A stretch of 64,000 bases of DNA, taken from positions 1-64,000 of the forward strand of contig OZ237769.1 of NCBI GenBank assembly GCA_965178125.1, read 5' to 3'. Origin of the DNA: Bilabrum cf. latius (taxonomy: Eukaryota). Made by a program: the position numbers and the translations under genes. Position 1 is the stretch's first letter, and every line of letters begins with the position of its first letter. Below are positions 1-10,616 of this stretch, in pieces. The notes beneath the pieces were generated by a model. That model was not told the origin of the DNA. It did no database searches and saw only the letters and a program-made list of their open reading frames with translations.

Positions 1-22
1 AAACGGATTCGTATTGATTCAT
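1..22 (-). CDS. rpsF: N-terminus of bacterial 30S ribosomal protein S6 (runs off the window edge)
   Basis: Minus strand ATG AAT CAA TAC GAA TCC GTT T reads MNQYESV(F), matching the typical Bacteroidota S6 start MNQYETVF. Only 7 full codons are visible. Confidence 0.6.
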
Positions 23-73
23 CTGTTAAACAATTAAGAATTAAAGCTTTAAACCTTTCTTTAAAAAGGACGG

Positions 74-81
74 CAAAAGTA
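74..81 (-). promoter_or_regulatory. Bacteroidota-type -7 promoter element (TAnnTTTG) upstream of rpsF
   Basis: Minus strand TACTTTTG lies about 50 nt upstream of the ATG at 22 and matches the Bacteroidota housekeeping consensus TAnnTTTG. Confidence 0.5.
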
Positions 82-292
82 GGGAAAAAGATGGGAAATG
101 AAGCATGGAGGTTGAAGAAGTTGGGAATTAGTAATTAGTAGCTAGTAACTAGTAGAAAGTAGAAAGACCTTGCCCTGTAGATTTTAGAACCAAGTATTAT
201 TGGTGAGGTGAAATTCTCAAATGCTTCTTAAATGAATCAAGACTTGGAACTAAATCCCATCTTTTTACTCTGTACTAGATACTAAGTACTAT

Positions 293-1666
293 TTATCTAT
301 ACACCCTCACTGTCCCCTGCTCAAACTTCTCAATGCGTCTCCCTCCAATCTCAGCATAATAAGTGATTTTATAAACGAACACTCCCGGTGGAGCATCCAC
401 GCCTTTGGAAGTTCCGTCCCAATAATCACCTATGTTATCATTGCTGAAAACAAGGATGCCCCAGCGATTAAAGATTTCAATTTGATAATTAAAACCGGCG
501 CAAGCACTTTTAATTTCAAATTCATCATTAAAGCCATCGCCATTTGGACTAAATGCATCGGGCATGACCAAATTGCAATCACAGAATTGATAGGATAAGC
601 TAAAATCTGTAGTCCGAACCCCACAAGGATGCACGTATTCGATGCCGTAGAGACCAGCCTCGCGGAAATGGAACAAGCCATTTTGGATAGGACTGCCATT
701 AATTCGCACTTCAGTAAATGGCTCCTGATTGAAGTCATAATAAAAGCTCTGTCTAAAACAAAGGCTTGTATCCGCAGGCAAAGGAACCTTTAGAGAATCA
801 AGATCCAGAAAATCTACGACAATAGTATCCTGGATCGTATCATTGTTTCCCATAATCCTCAGCCAATAGGCTCCACTTTGATAAACCGTTCTACTATGGG
901 AGGTACTGCCATTATCCCATAGGTAGTTTATGGTATTCGTATCGGGCATTATTATTTCCAGCGAATCGCCTAAACATAATGAAGTATCCTGTGGTAATCT
1001 GGGCAAGGGATCTGGAACCTGACCTTGAAAAATGGAATCAATTTGGTTGGAATTTAAGGCGCAGTCAAAAATCTTTAAGTCGTCAATCCTACCCTTAAAA
1101 AAGCGAATAGTCCTGGAGCGATGAGCGCCAATAACCAAGTGTACATAGGCGCTGAAAGAACTACCATTGGAATTGGAAAGTGCACCTGCCCTTAACTGTC
1201 CATTAAAATAGTAAAAGCAACTATCTGGTGTGCGCACCAGTGCAACATGGAACCATTTTGCCGTATCAATTGGCGCTGCATAGGTTAAACTACCTGTACC
1301 TCCTGCCCTACCCACCAAGCTTCCATTATCGATTTCTGAACTAAATGCACCGTAATTAAGGGTGTTGGCATCATGCGAAATAATGGAGCTCCTAGTGTTG
1401 ATTTGCTCTGCGTACGCCCAAAAAGTTACAGTGCGGCTGGGGAAATCATAAGTCGTATAGGTGTCAATATAATCGTCTACCCCGTCAAAATAAACGGCTC
1501 CGTTTGGATTGTTAAAGCGGTCTGGAGCAGGACTTAGGTTTCCGCCAAAAAAGGTTCCATGATTTTGGTAAACACTTGAATCTTGGGCATCACCATTTAA
1601 GGGGAAGTGAGCCCGTAAATCACATTGCGCCGAAATTGATTGGGCACCTAATGCACAGAGAAGAAA
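293..1666 (-). CDS. Bacterial T9SS substrate: LamG-like jellyroll domain plus gliding-motility-associated (type B) C-terminal domain; 5' end cut off by the telomere tract
   Basis: Remnant signal peptide LFLLCALGAQSISAQ; LamG motifs (HFPLNGDAQD, DRFNNPNGAVYFDGVDDYI, WFHVALVR, FKGRIDDLKIFD); CTD motifs PDAFSPNGDGFND...IFNRWG...WDG...GVFVY; TAA stop; AT-rich compared with the rest of the window; no start codon before the repeats. Confidence 0.85.
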   Translation of the reverse strand, partial: FLLCALGAQSISAQCDLRAHFPLNGDAQDSSVYQNHGTFFGGNLSPAPDRFNNPNGAVYFDGVDDYIDTYTTYDFPSRTVTFWAYAEQINTRSSIISHDANTLNYGAFSSEIDNGSLVGRAGGTGSLTYAAPIDTAKWFHVALVRTPDSCFYYFNGQLRAGALSNSNGSSFSAYVHLVIGAHRSRTIRFFKGRIDDLKIFDCALNSNQIDSIFQGQVPDPLPRLPQDTSLCLGDSLEIIMPDTNTINYLWDNGSTSHSRTVYQSGAYWLRIMGNNDTIQDTIVVDFLDLDSLKVPLPADTSLCFRQSFYYDFNQEPFTEVRINGSPIQNGLFHFREAGLYGIEYVHPCGVRTTDFSLSYQFCDCNLVMPDAFSPNGDGFNDEFEIKSACAGFNYQIEIFNRWGILVFSNDNIGDYWDGTSKGVDAPPGVFVYKITYYAEIGGRRIEKFEQGTVRVYR

Positions 1667-2458
1667 TAACCCTAACCCTAACCCTAACCCTAACCCTAAC
1701 CCTAACCCTAACCTAACCCTAACCCTAACCCTAACCCTAACCCTAACCCTAACCCTAACCCTAACCCTAACCCTAACCCTAACCCTAACCCTAACCCTAA
1801 CCCTAACCCTAACCCTAACCCTAACCCTAACCCTAACCCTAACCCTAACCCTAACCCTAACCCTAACCCTAACCCTAACCCTAACCCTAACCCTAACCCT
1901 AACCCTAACCCTAACCCTAACCCTAACCCTAACCCTAACCCTAACCCTAACCCTAACCCTAACCCTAACCCTAACCCTAACCCTAACCCTAACCCTAACC
2001 CTAACCCTAACCCTAACCCTAACCCTAACCCTAACCCTAACCCTAACCCTAACCCTAACCCTAACCCTAACCCTAACCCTAACCCTAACCCTAACCCTAA
2101 CCCTAACCCTAACCCTAACCCTAACCCTAACCCTAACCCTAACCCTAACCCTAACCCTAACCCTAACCCTAACCCTAACCCTAACCCTAACCCTAACCCT
2201 AACCCTAACCCTAACCCTAACCCTAACCCTAACCCTAACCCTAACCCTAACCCTAACCCTAACCCTAACCCTAACCCTAACCCTAACCCTAACCCTAACC
2301 CTAACCCTAACCCTAACCCTAACCCTAACCCTAACCCTAACCCTAACCCTAACCCTAACCCTAACCCTAACCCTAACCCTAACCCTAACCCTAACCCTAA
2401 CCCTAACCCTAACCCTAACCCTAACCCTAACCCTAACCCTAACCCTAACCCTAACCCT
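1667..2458 (+). repeat. Telomeric repeat tract 1, (CCCTAA)n, about 132 units
   Basis: Direct reading; one 5-nt variant near 1710. The C-strand on + is the orientation of a left chromosome end. Confidence 0.99.
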
Positions 2459-5280
2459 GGCAGCTGTCGGTGCGGAACCCTCCTCCGATGACGAGTGAAA
2501 AGCAGCCAGGCGGATGGCAATTGAGGTCAGTGGCAGCTGGGCCAGCTTGTGAGAGGAGCTTGCCAAAGTGCCAGCCAGTGACCCGTTAGGACGGAATAGT
2601 AGGAGCCAAGAGGCATTCTGTTTAGTCTTGGCTGTCAGCCGATGAATACCTTAAGTCAAAGCAATCCATCAATCGAATACAACGGTCATGTACACAATAC
2701 CCATTCTACAATTGACGAATCCACAATGCATTCTACAGAGACAAGCAATTCTTCATCCGGCCATATCGGCGCCGCGCGACAAAAACGGATCCTAATAAAA
2801 TTTTGCCCCATGTTGTGCCCCAGGACCGACCCAATGCAGTTTGAATCATCTTCATATCTACTCTGGTTGCCGAGATCTCAATTCCGTATTTTGGTCCACG
2901 AAACTCTTCATCCGGCCATATCGGCGCCGCGCGACAAAAACGGATCCTAATAAAATTTTGCCCCATGTTGTGCCCCAGGACCGACCCAATGCAGTTTGAA
3001 TCATCTTCATATCTACTCTGGTTGCCGAGATCTCAATTCCGTATTTTGGTCCACGAAACTCTTCATCCGGCCATATCGGCGCCGCGCGACAAAAACGGAT
3101 CCTAATAAAATTTTGCCCCATGTTGTGCCCCAGGACCGACCCAATGCAGTTTGAATCATCTTCATATCTACTCTGGTTGCCGAGATCTCAATTCCGTATT
3201 TTGGTCCACGAAACTCTTCATCCGGCCATATCGGCGCCGCGCGACAAAAACGGATCCTAATAAAATTTTGCCCCATGTTGTGCCCCAGGACCGACCCAAT
3301 GCAGTTTGAATCATCTTCATATCTACTCTGGTTGCCGAGATCTCAATTCCGTATTTTGGTCCACGAAACTCTTCATCCGGCCATATCGGCGCCGCGCGAC
3401 AAAAACGGATCCTAATAAAATTTTGCCCCATGTTGTGCCCCAGGACCGACCCAATGCAGTTTGAATCATCTTCATATCTACTCTGGTTGCCGAGATCTCA
3501 ATTCCGTATTTTGGTCCACGAAACTCTTCATCCGGCCATATCGGCGCCGCGCGACAAAAACGGATCCTAATAAAATTTTGCCCCATGTTGTGCCCCAGGA
3601 CCGACCCAATGCAGTTTGAATCATCTTCATATCTACTCTGGTTGCCGAGATCTCAATTCCGTATTTTGGTCCACGAAACTCTTCATCCGGCCATATCGGC
3701 GCCGCGCGACAAAAACGGATCCTAATAAAATTTTGCCCCATGTTGTGCCCCAGGACCGACCCAATGCAGTTTGAATCATCTTCATATCTACTCTGGTTGC
3801 CGAGATCTCAATTCCGTATTTTGGTCCACGAAACTCTTCATCCGGCCATATCGGCGCCGCGCGACAAAAACGGATCCTAATAAAATTTTGCCCCATGTTG
3901 TGCCCCAGGACCGACCCAATGCAGTTTGAATCATCTTCATATCTACTCTGGTTGCCGAGATCTCAATTCCGTATTTTGGTCCACGAAACTCTTCATCCGG
4001 CCATATCGGCGCCGCGCGACAAAAACGGATCCTAATAAAATTTTGCCCCATGTTGTGCCCCAGGACCGACCCAATGCAGTTTGAATCATCTTCATATCTA
4101 CTCTGGTTGCCGAGATCTCAATTCCGTATTTTGGTCCACGAAACTCTTCATCCGGCCATATCGGCGCCGCGCGACAAAAACGGATCCTAATAAAATTTTG
4201 CCCCATGTTGTGCCCCAGGACCGACCCAATGCAGTTTGAATCATCTTCATATCTACTCTGGTTGCCGAGATCTCAATTCCGTATTTTGGTCCACGAAACT
4301 CTTCATCCGGCCATATCGGCGCCGCGCGACAAAAACGGATCCTAATAAAATTTTGCCCCATGTTGTGCCCCAGGACCGACCCAATGCAGTTTGAATCATC
4401 TTCATATCTACTCTGGTTGCCGAGATCTCAATTCCGTATTTTGGTCCACGAAACTCTTCATCCGGCCATATCGGCGCCGCGCGACAAAAACGGATCCTAA
4501 TAAAATTTTGCCCCATGTTGTGCCCCAGGACCGACCCAATGCAGTTTGAATCATCTTCATATCTACTCTGGTTGCCGAGATCTCAATTCCGTATTTTGGT
4601 CCACGAAACTCTTCATCCGGCCATATCGGCGCCGCGCGACAAAAACGGATCCTAATAAAATTTTGCCCCATGTTGTGCCCCAGGACCGACCCAATGCAGT
4701 TTGAATCATCTTCATATCTACTCTGGTTGCCGAGATCTCAATTCCGTATTTTGGTCCACGAAACTCTTCATCCGGCCATATCGGCGCCGCGCGACAAAAA
4801 CGGATCCTAATAAAATTTTGCCCCATGTTGTGCCCCAGGACCGACCCAATGCAGTTTGAATCATCTTCATATCTACTCTGGTTGCCGAGATCTCAATTCC
4901 GTATTTTGGTCCACGAAACTCTTCATCCGGCCATATCGGCGCCGCGCGACAAAAACGGATCCTAATAAAATTTTGCCCCATGTTGTGCCCCAGGACCGAC
5001 CCAATGCAGTTTGAATCATCTTCATATCTACTCTGGTTGCCGAGATCTCAATTCCGTATTTTGGTCCACGAAACTCTTCATCCGGCCATATCGGCGCCGC
5101 GCGACAAAAACGGATCCTAATAAAATTTTGCCCCATGTTGTGCCCCAGGACCGACCCAATGCAGTTTGAATCATCTTCATATCTACTCTGGTTGCCGAGA
5201 TCTCAATTCCGTATTTTGATGCAAAAAATGAAGATGAAAATATTTTTTCCTCGACCCTGTCCCTGACTTTATATTAGATA
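2456..5280 (+). mobile_element. Telomere-embedded element family A, copy 1 (more 5'-truncated)
   Basis: Appears identical to 6006-8830 (offset 3550). Contains the last codons of the acidic ORF, a unique 3' region, a 155-bp array and a fixed 3' end ...GACTTTATATTAGATA abutting CCCTAA repeats. Confidence 0.7.
2751..5218. repeat. 155-bp tandem array, about 16 copies, no mismatches seen
   Basis: Unit CTTCATCCGGCCATATCGGCGCCGCGCGAC...GGTCCACGAAACT recurs every 155 nt; the last copy is truncated at GTATTTTG. Confidence 0.98.
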
Positions 5281-5497
5281 CCCTAACCCTAACCCTAACC
5301 CTAACCCTAACCCTAACCCTAACCCTAACCCTAACCCTAACCCTAACCCTAACCCTAACCCTAACCCTAACCCTAACCCTAACCCTAACCCTAACCCTAA
5401 CCCTAACCCTAACCCTAACCCTAACCCTAACCCTAACCCTAACCCTAACCCTAACCCTAACCCTAACCCTAACCCTAACCCTAACCCTAACCCTAAC
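5281..5497 (+). repeat. Telomeric repeat tract 2 (internal), about 36 units
   Basis: Direct reading of (CCCTAA)n. Confidence 0.99.
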
Positions 5498-6048
5498 TTA
5501 GTGGAGGAGCTGGCCGCGCCATTGACCAGGAGAAGAGGGGAGCAAGTGGCGCAAGGAGTGGAGCAGCAGCATCACTGCCTCGACAGGACTCTGAGGAAGA
5601 TGAAGAGGAGATCGGTGGTCGGTACCACGCAGACGCAGCCGGAGAGGAGGACGAGGATGAAGCTCCGATAGGGCTCGTGCAGCAGGACGAGGAGGATGGG
5701 GACGAGCTGGATGAGGAAGAAGAGAACGAGGCCCAGAACCAGCAAGACGACTCTGAGAACGACGGTGGAGTGGAGGACAACGGCTTCACCGACTAGCAGC
5801 GGCACCTGGTGGACCGCATTCTCACTGCCTGCGATGACACCGCGCTGGGCGTCAGCCGGACTGTCGACGACATGGTCGAGGACGTGCAGGAAACAATTGC
5901 AGAGAGGGACCACGGATTGGGCATGCTCGCAGACCTGATGACGGCCCTCGAGAAGACGGCGGAAGGAGATCTCAATGCGGCAGACGTGGACGCTGTGGAG
6001 GCGCTCCTGGCAGCTGTCGGTGCGGAACCCTCCTCCGATGACGAGTGA
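5497..6048 (+). CDS. C-terminal fragment of an acidic (D/E-rich) protein carried by element A; no start codon
   Basis: The frame is open from the telomere junction: LSGGAGRAIDQEKR...EEDEEE...DNGFTD*(TAG)QRHLVDRILTACDD...AEPSSDDE-TGA. One in-frame TAG, read as Gln. Confidence 0.7.
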
Positions 6049-8830
6049 AAAGCAGCCAGGCGGATGGCAATTGAGGTCAGTGGCAGCTGGGCCAGCTTGT
6101 GAGAGGAGCTTGCCAAAGTGCCAGCCAGTGACCCGTTAGGACGGAATAGTAGGAGCCAAGAGGCATTCTGTTTAGTCTTGGCTGTCAGCCGATGAATACC
6201 TTAAGTCAAAGCAATCCATCAATCGAATACAACGGTCATGTACACAATACCCATTCTACAATTGACGAATCCACAATGCATTCTACAGAGACAAGCAATT
6301 CTTCATCCGGCCATATCGGCGCCGCGCGACAAAAACGGATCCTAATAAAATTTTGCCCCATGTTGTGCCCCAGGACCGACCCAATGCAGTTTGAATCATC
6401 TTCATATCTACTCTGGTTGCCGAGATCTCAATTCCGTATTTTGGTCCACGAAACTCTTCATCCGGCCATATCGGCGCCGCGCGACAAAAACGGATCCTAA
6501 TAAAATTTTGCCCCATGTTGTGCCCCAGGACCGACCCAATGCAGTTTGAATCATCTTCATATCTACTCTGGTTGCCGAGATCTCAATTCCGTATTTTGGT
6601 CCACGAAACTCTTCATCCGGCCATATCGGCGCCGCGCGACAAAAACGGATCCTAATAAAATTTTGCCCCATGTTGTGCCCCAGGACCGACCCAATGCAGT
6701 TTGAATCATCTTCATATCTACTCTGGTTGCCGAGATCTCAATTCCGTATTTTGGTCCACGAAACTCTTCATCCGGCCATATCGGCGCCGCGCGACAAAAA
6801 CGGATCCTAATAAAATTTTGCCCCATGTTGTGCCCCAGGACCGACCCAATGCAGTTTGAATCATCTTCATATCTACTCTGGTTGCCGAGATCTCAATTCC
6901 GTATTTTGGTCCACGAAACTCTTCATCCGGCCATATCGGCGCCGCGCGACAAAAACGGATCCTAATAAAATTTTGCCCCATGTTGTGCCCCAGGACCGAC
7001 CCAATGCAGTTTGAATCATCTTCATATCTACTCTGGTTGCCGAGATCTCAATTCCGTATTTTGGTCCACGAAACTCTTCATCCGGCCATATCGGCGCCGC
7101 GCGACAAAAACGGATCCTAATAAAATTTTGCCCCATGTTGTGCCCCAGGACCGACCCAATGCAGTTTGAATCATCTTCATATCTACTCTGGTTGCCGAGA
7201 TCTCAATTCCGTATTTTGGTCCACGAAACTCTTCATCCGGCCATATCGGCGCCGCGCGACAAAAACGGATCCTAATAAAATTTTGCCCCATGTTGTGCCC
7301 CAGGACCGACCCAATGCAGTTTGAATCATCTTCATATCTACTCTGGTTGCCGAGATCTCAATTCCGTATTTTGGTCCACGAAACTCTTCATCCGGCCATA
7401 TCGGCGCCGCGCGACAAAAACGGATCCTAATAAAATTTTGCCCCATGTTGTGCCCCAGGACCGACCCAATGCAGTTTGAATCATCTTCATATCTACTCTG
7501 GTTGCCGAGATCTCAATTCCGTATTTTGGTCCACGAAACTCTTCATCCGGCCATATCGGCGCCGCGCGACAAAAACGGATCCTAATAAAATTTTGCCCCA
7601 TGTTGTGCCCCAGGACCGACCCAATGCAGTTTGAATCATCTTCATATCTACTCTGGTTGCCGAGATCTCAATTCCGTATTTTGGTCCACGAAACTCTTCA
7701 TCCGGCCATATCGGCGCCGCGCGACAAAAACGGATCCTAATAAAATTTTGCCCCATGTTGTGCCCCAGGACCGACCCAATGCAGTTTGAATCATCTTCAT
7801 ATCTACTCTGGTTGCCGAGATCTCAATTCCGTATTTTGGTCCACGAAACTCTTCATCCGGCCATATCGGCGCCGCGCGACAAAAACGGATCCTAATAAAA
7901 TTTTGCCCCATGTTGTGCCCCAGGACCGACCCAATGCAGTTTGAATCATCTTCATATCTACTCTGGTTGCCGAGATCTCAATTCCGTATTTTGGTCCACG
8001 AAACTCTTCATCCGGCCATATCGGCGCCGCGCGACAAAAACGGATCCTAATAAAATTTTGCCCCATGTTGTGCCCCAGGACCGACCCAATGCAGTTTGAA
8101 TCATCTTCATATCTACTCTGGTTGCCGAGATCTCAATTCCGTATTTTGGTCCACGAAACTCTTCATCCGGCCATATCGGCGCCGCGCGACAAAAACGGAT
8201 CCTAATAAAATTTTGCCCCATGTTGTGCCCCAGGACCGACCCAATGCAGTTTGAATCATCTTCATATCTACTCTGGTTGCCGAGATCTCAATTCCGTATT
8301 TTGGTCCACGAAACTCTTCATCCGGCCATATCGGCGCCGCGCGACAAAAACGGATCCTAATAAAATTTTGCCCCATGTTGTGCCCCAGGACCGACCCAAT
8401 GCAGTTTGAATCATCTTCATATCTACTCTGGTTGCCGAGATCTCAATTCCGTATTTTGGTCCACGAAACTCTTCATCCGGCCATATCGGCGCCGCGCGAC
8501 AAAAACGGATCCTAATAAAATTTTGCCCCATGTTGTGCCCCAGGACCGACCCAATGCAGTTTGAATCATCTTCATATCTACTCTGGTTGCCGAGATCTCA
8601 ATTCCGTATTTTGGTCCACGAAACTCTTCATCCGGCCATATCGGCGCCGCGCGACAAAAACGGATCCTAATAAAATTTTGCCCCATGTTGTGCCCCAGGA
8701 CCGACCCAATGCAGTTTGAATCATCTTCATATCTACTCTGGTTGCCGAGATCTCAATTCCGTATTTTGATGCAAAAAATGAAGATGAAAATATTTTTTCC
8801 TCGACCCTGTCCCTGACTTTATATTAGATA
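5498..8830 (+). mobile_element. Telomere-embedded element family A, copy 2 (longer, still 5'-truncated)
   Basis: Flanked on both sides by CCCTAA tracts; starts mid-ORF with no ATG; same 3' end as copy 1. Confidence 0.7.
6301..8768. repeat. 155-bp tandem array, about 16 copies (second array)
   Basis: Same unit and same copy number as 2751-5218. Confidence 0.98.
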
Positions 8831-9350
8831 CCCTAACCCTAACCCTAACCCTAACCCTAACCCTAACCCTAACCCTAACCCTAACCCTAACCCTAACCCT
8901 AACCCTAACCCTAACCCTAACCCTAACCCTAACCCTAACCCTAACCCTAACCCTAACCCTAACCCTAACCCTAACCCTAACCCTAACCCTAACCCTAACC
9001 CTAACCCTAACCCTAACCCTAACCCTAACCCTAACCCTAACCCTAACCCTAACCCTAACCCTAACCCTAACCCTAACCCTAACCCTAACCCTAACCCTAA
9101 CCCTAACCCTAACCCTAACCCTAACCCTAACCCTAACCCTAACCCTAACCCTAACCCTAACCCTAACCCTAACCCTAACCCTAACCCTAACCCTAACCCT
9201 AACCCTAACCCTAACCCTAACCCTAACCCTAACCCTAACCCTAACCCTAACCCTAACCCTAACCCTAACCCTAACCCTAACCCTAACCCTAACCCTAACC
9301 CTAACCCTAACCCTAACCCTAACCCTAACCCTAACCTAACCCTAACCCTA
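8831..9350 (+). repeat. Telomeric repeat tract 3 (internal), about 86 units
   Basis: Direct reading; one 5-nt variant near the right junction. Confidence 0.99.
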
Positions 9351-10154
9351 GTTTCTCCTAACACGAACGCCGGATCAACGCATAGTACCGAGCCTTCCGA
9401 TGCAGTACAAATTTGCTGTAGTACGGAATACAAATGGCTACGCTAGTGCGCAGATACATGCGTACCAACCTATACAATGAACCGCAAGCTTTCTTGAGCT
9501 ATGCAGCTTGCAGCGATGCAAATGCCCCGTCGAACGGCAAGACAGTCCAAGACGAAGTCACCGGGAACCACTCCAAGCAACTTCCACGGCGATGTGTGTT
9601 CCTACTTGGGACCTAAACCATGCTTCTACATCATTCAATCCCTCGAACTTTTCGAATCCTGGCAGCAGTCGGTCGTGTTCCGTAATCAACTGTTGCCAGT
9701 GGCGCCGCGCACACACCCTGAGCCAAAATATCCGTTCAGTGCAACACCCATTGCAACAAGTCTAGGATGGCCAGTGAACATTTTTGCACCATCGATAATG
9801 CGTGCAGTATCGTTAATGAAAAGGACTAGCTCGCATCTATGCGCAAGGTGCTTACACGGTTGGAGCAAGCCCTAACTCGACGGTCCATTCATTGGCAGCA
9901 AGTACCAGTGAGACCAGCTGTTGCACATGCTACAATGGTCCCGTCATGGCTCGCTAACTGATATTAAGTATATACCCGTATAATAACTTTCGCAGATCGC
10001 AGAGGAGAAATTGAGCTTAATCCGCGAGTTCAACCACGACTAGCCAAATCCACCCCGTGAAGTGAGACGTTTTTCATCGGTTTGCATCAACCAGTTACAA
10101 ATTTCAGTTTTCGGCACAAGTGCTACGCTTATAATTTCATGCGCCATCTCACAG

Positions 10155-10577
10155 ATGGATGGTGTCGAGACCCAAGAGATCGAGGACTGTCTCCGCTTGC
10201 TGCAAGTAAAAGCTGCTGACTTCGACAACTTGCTGGCTTCTCTACTCGTGGTGTACGATACACCGAGCGCCAATGCAGAGATCTCCCACAAGACGACCAT
10301 TCAATGGCTGCTGGAATCATCAGACCTACATTCCGATGTATCTTTGGTTGATTGCTGCCAATATGCTCCTCATGATCACCTCCCCGCGCAAGCAGCGCTG
10401 GCAAGCAGGACAGTGGCTCCCTCAGTGCATATTGATGGAGTGAGGTAGCCGTTGGCGGGTCCAACGGAGCACCTGCAGTCGCCAGGCAGTAGCAGCAGTA
10501 ACAGCAGTAACAGCAGTAGCAGCAGTAGCAGCAGTAGCAGCAGTAGCAGCAGTAGCAGCAGTAGCAGCAGTAGCAGT

Positions 10578-10616
<39 letters not shown>

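Noticed and set aside
293-2566. 757-aa ORF fusing poly-(RV)/(LG) to a LamG protein, and the other poly-LG and poly-NP ORFs
   Set aside because: These are translations of telomeric repeats, which lack stops in some frames. The fusion crosses a eukaryote/bacterium junction.
2751-2905. Hammerhead ribozyme in the 155-bp unit (expected for Penelope-like elements)
   Set aside because: CGAAAC is present but I found no CTGANGA core on either strand. CTGATGAG near 17616 lacks a matching GAAA and stems. An Infernal search would be needed to exclude variants.
2733-8686. Thirty-odd identical 87-aa ORFs
   Set aside because: By-product of the 155-bp period, which is not a multiple of 3. They overlap one another and resemble no known protein.
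10487-10614. CAG/TAG/TAA run as poly-Gln, implying TAA=Gln too
   Set aside because: That is not the frame continuous with the 6.2-kb ORF. The open frame reads AGT/AGC/AAC (Ser/Asn).
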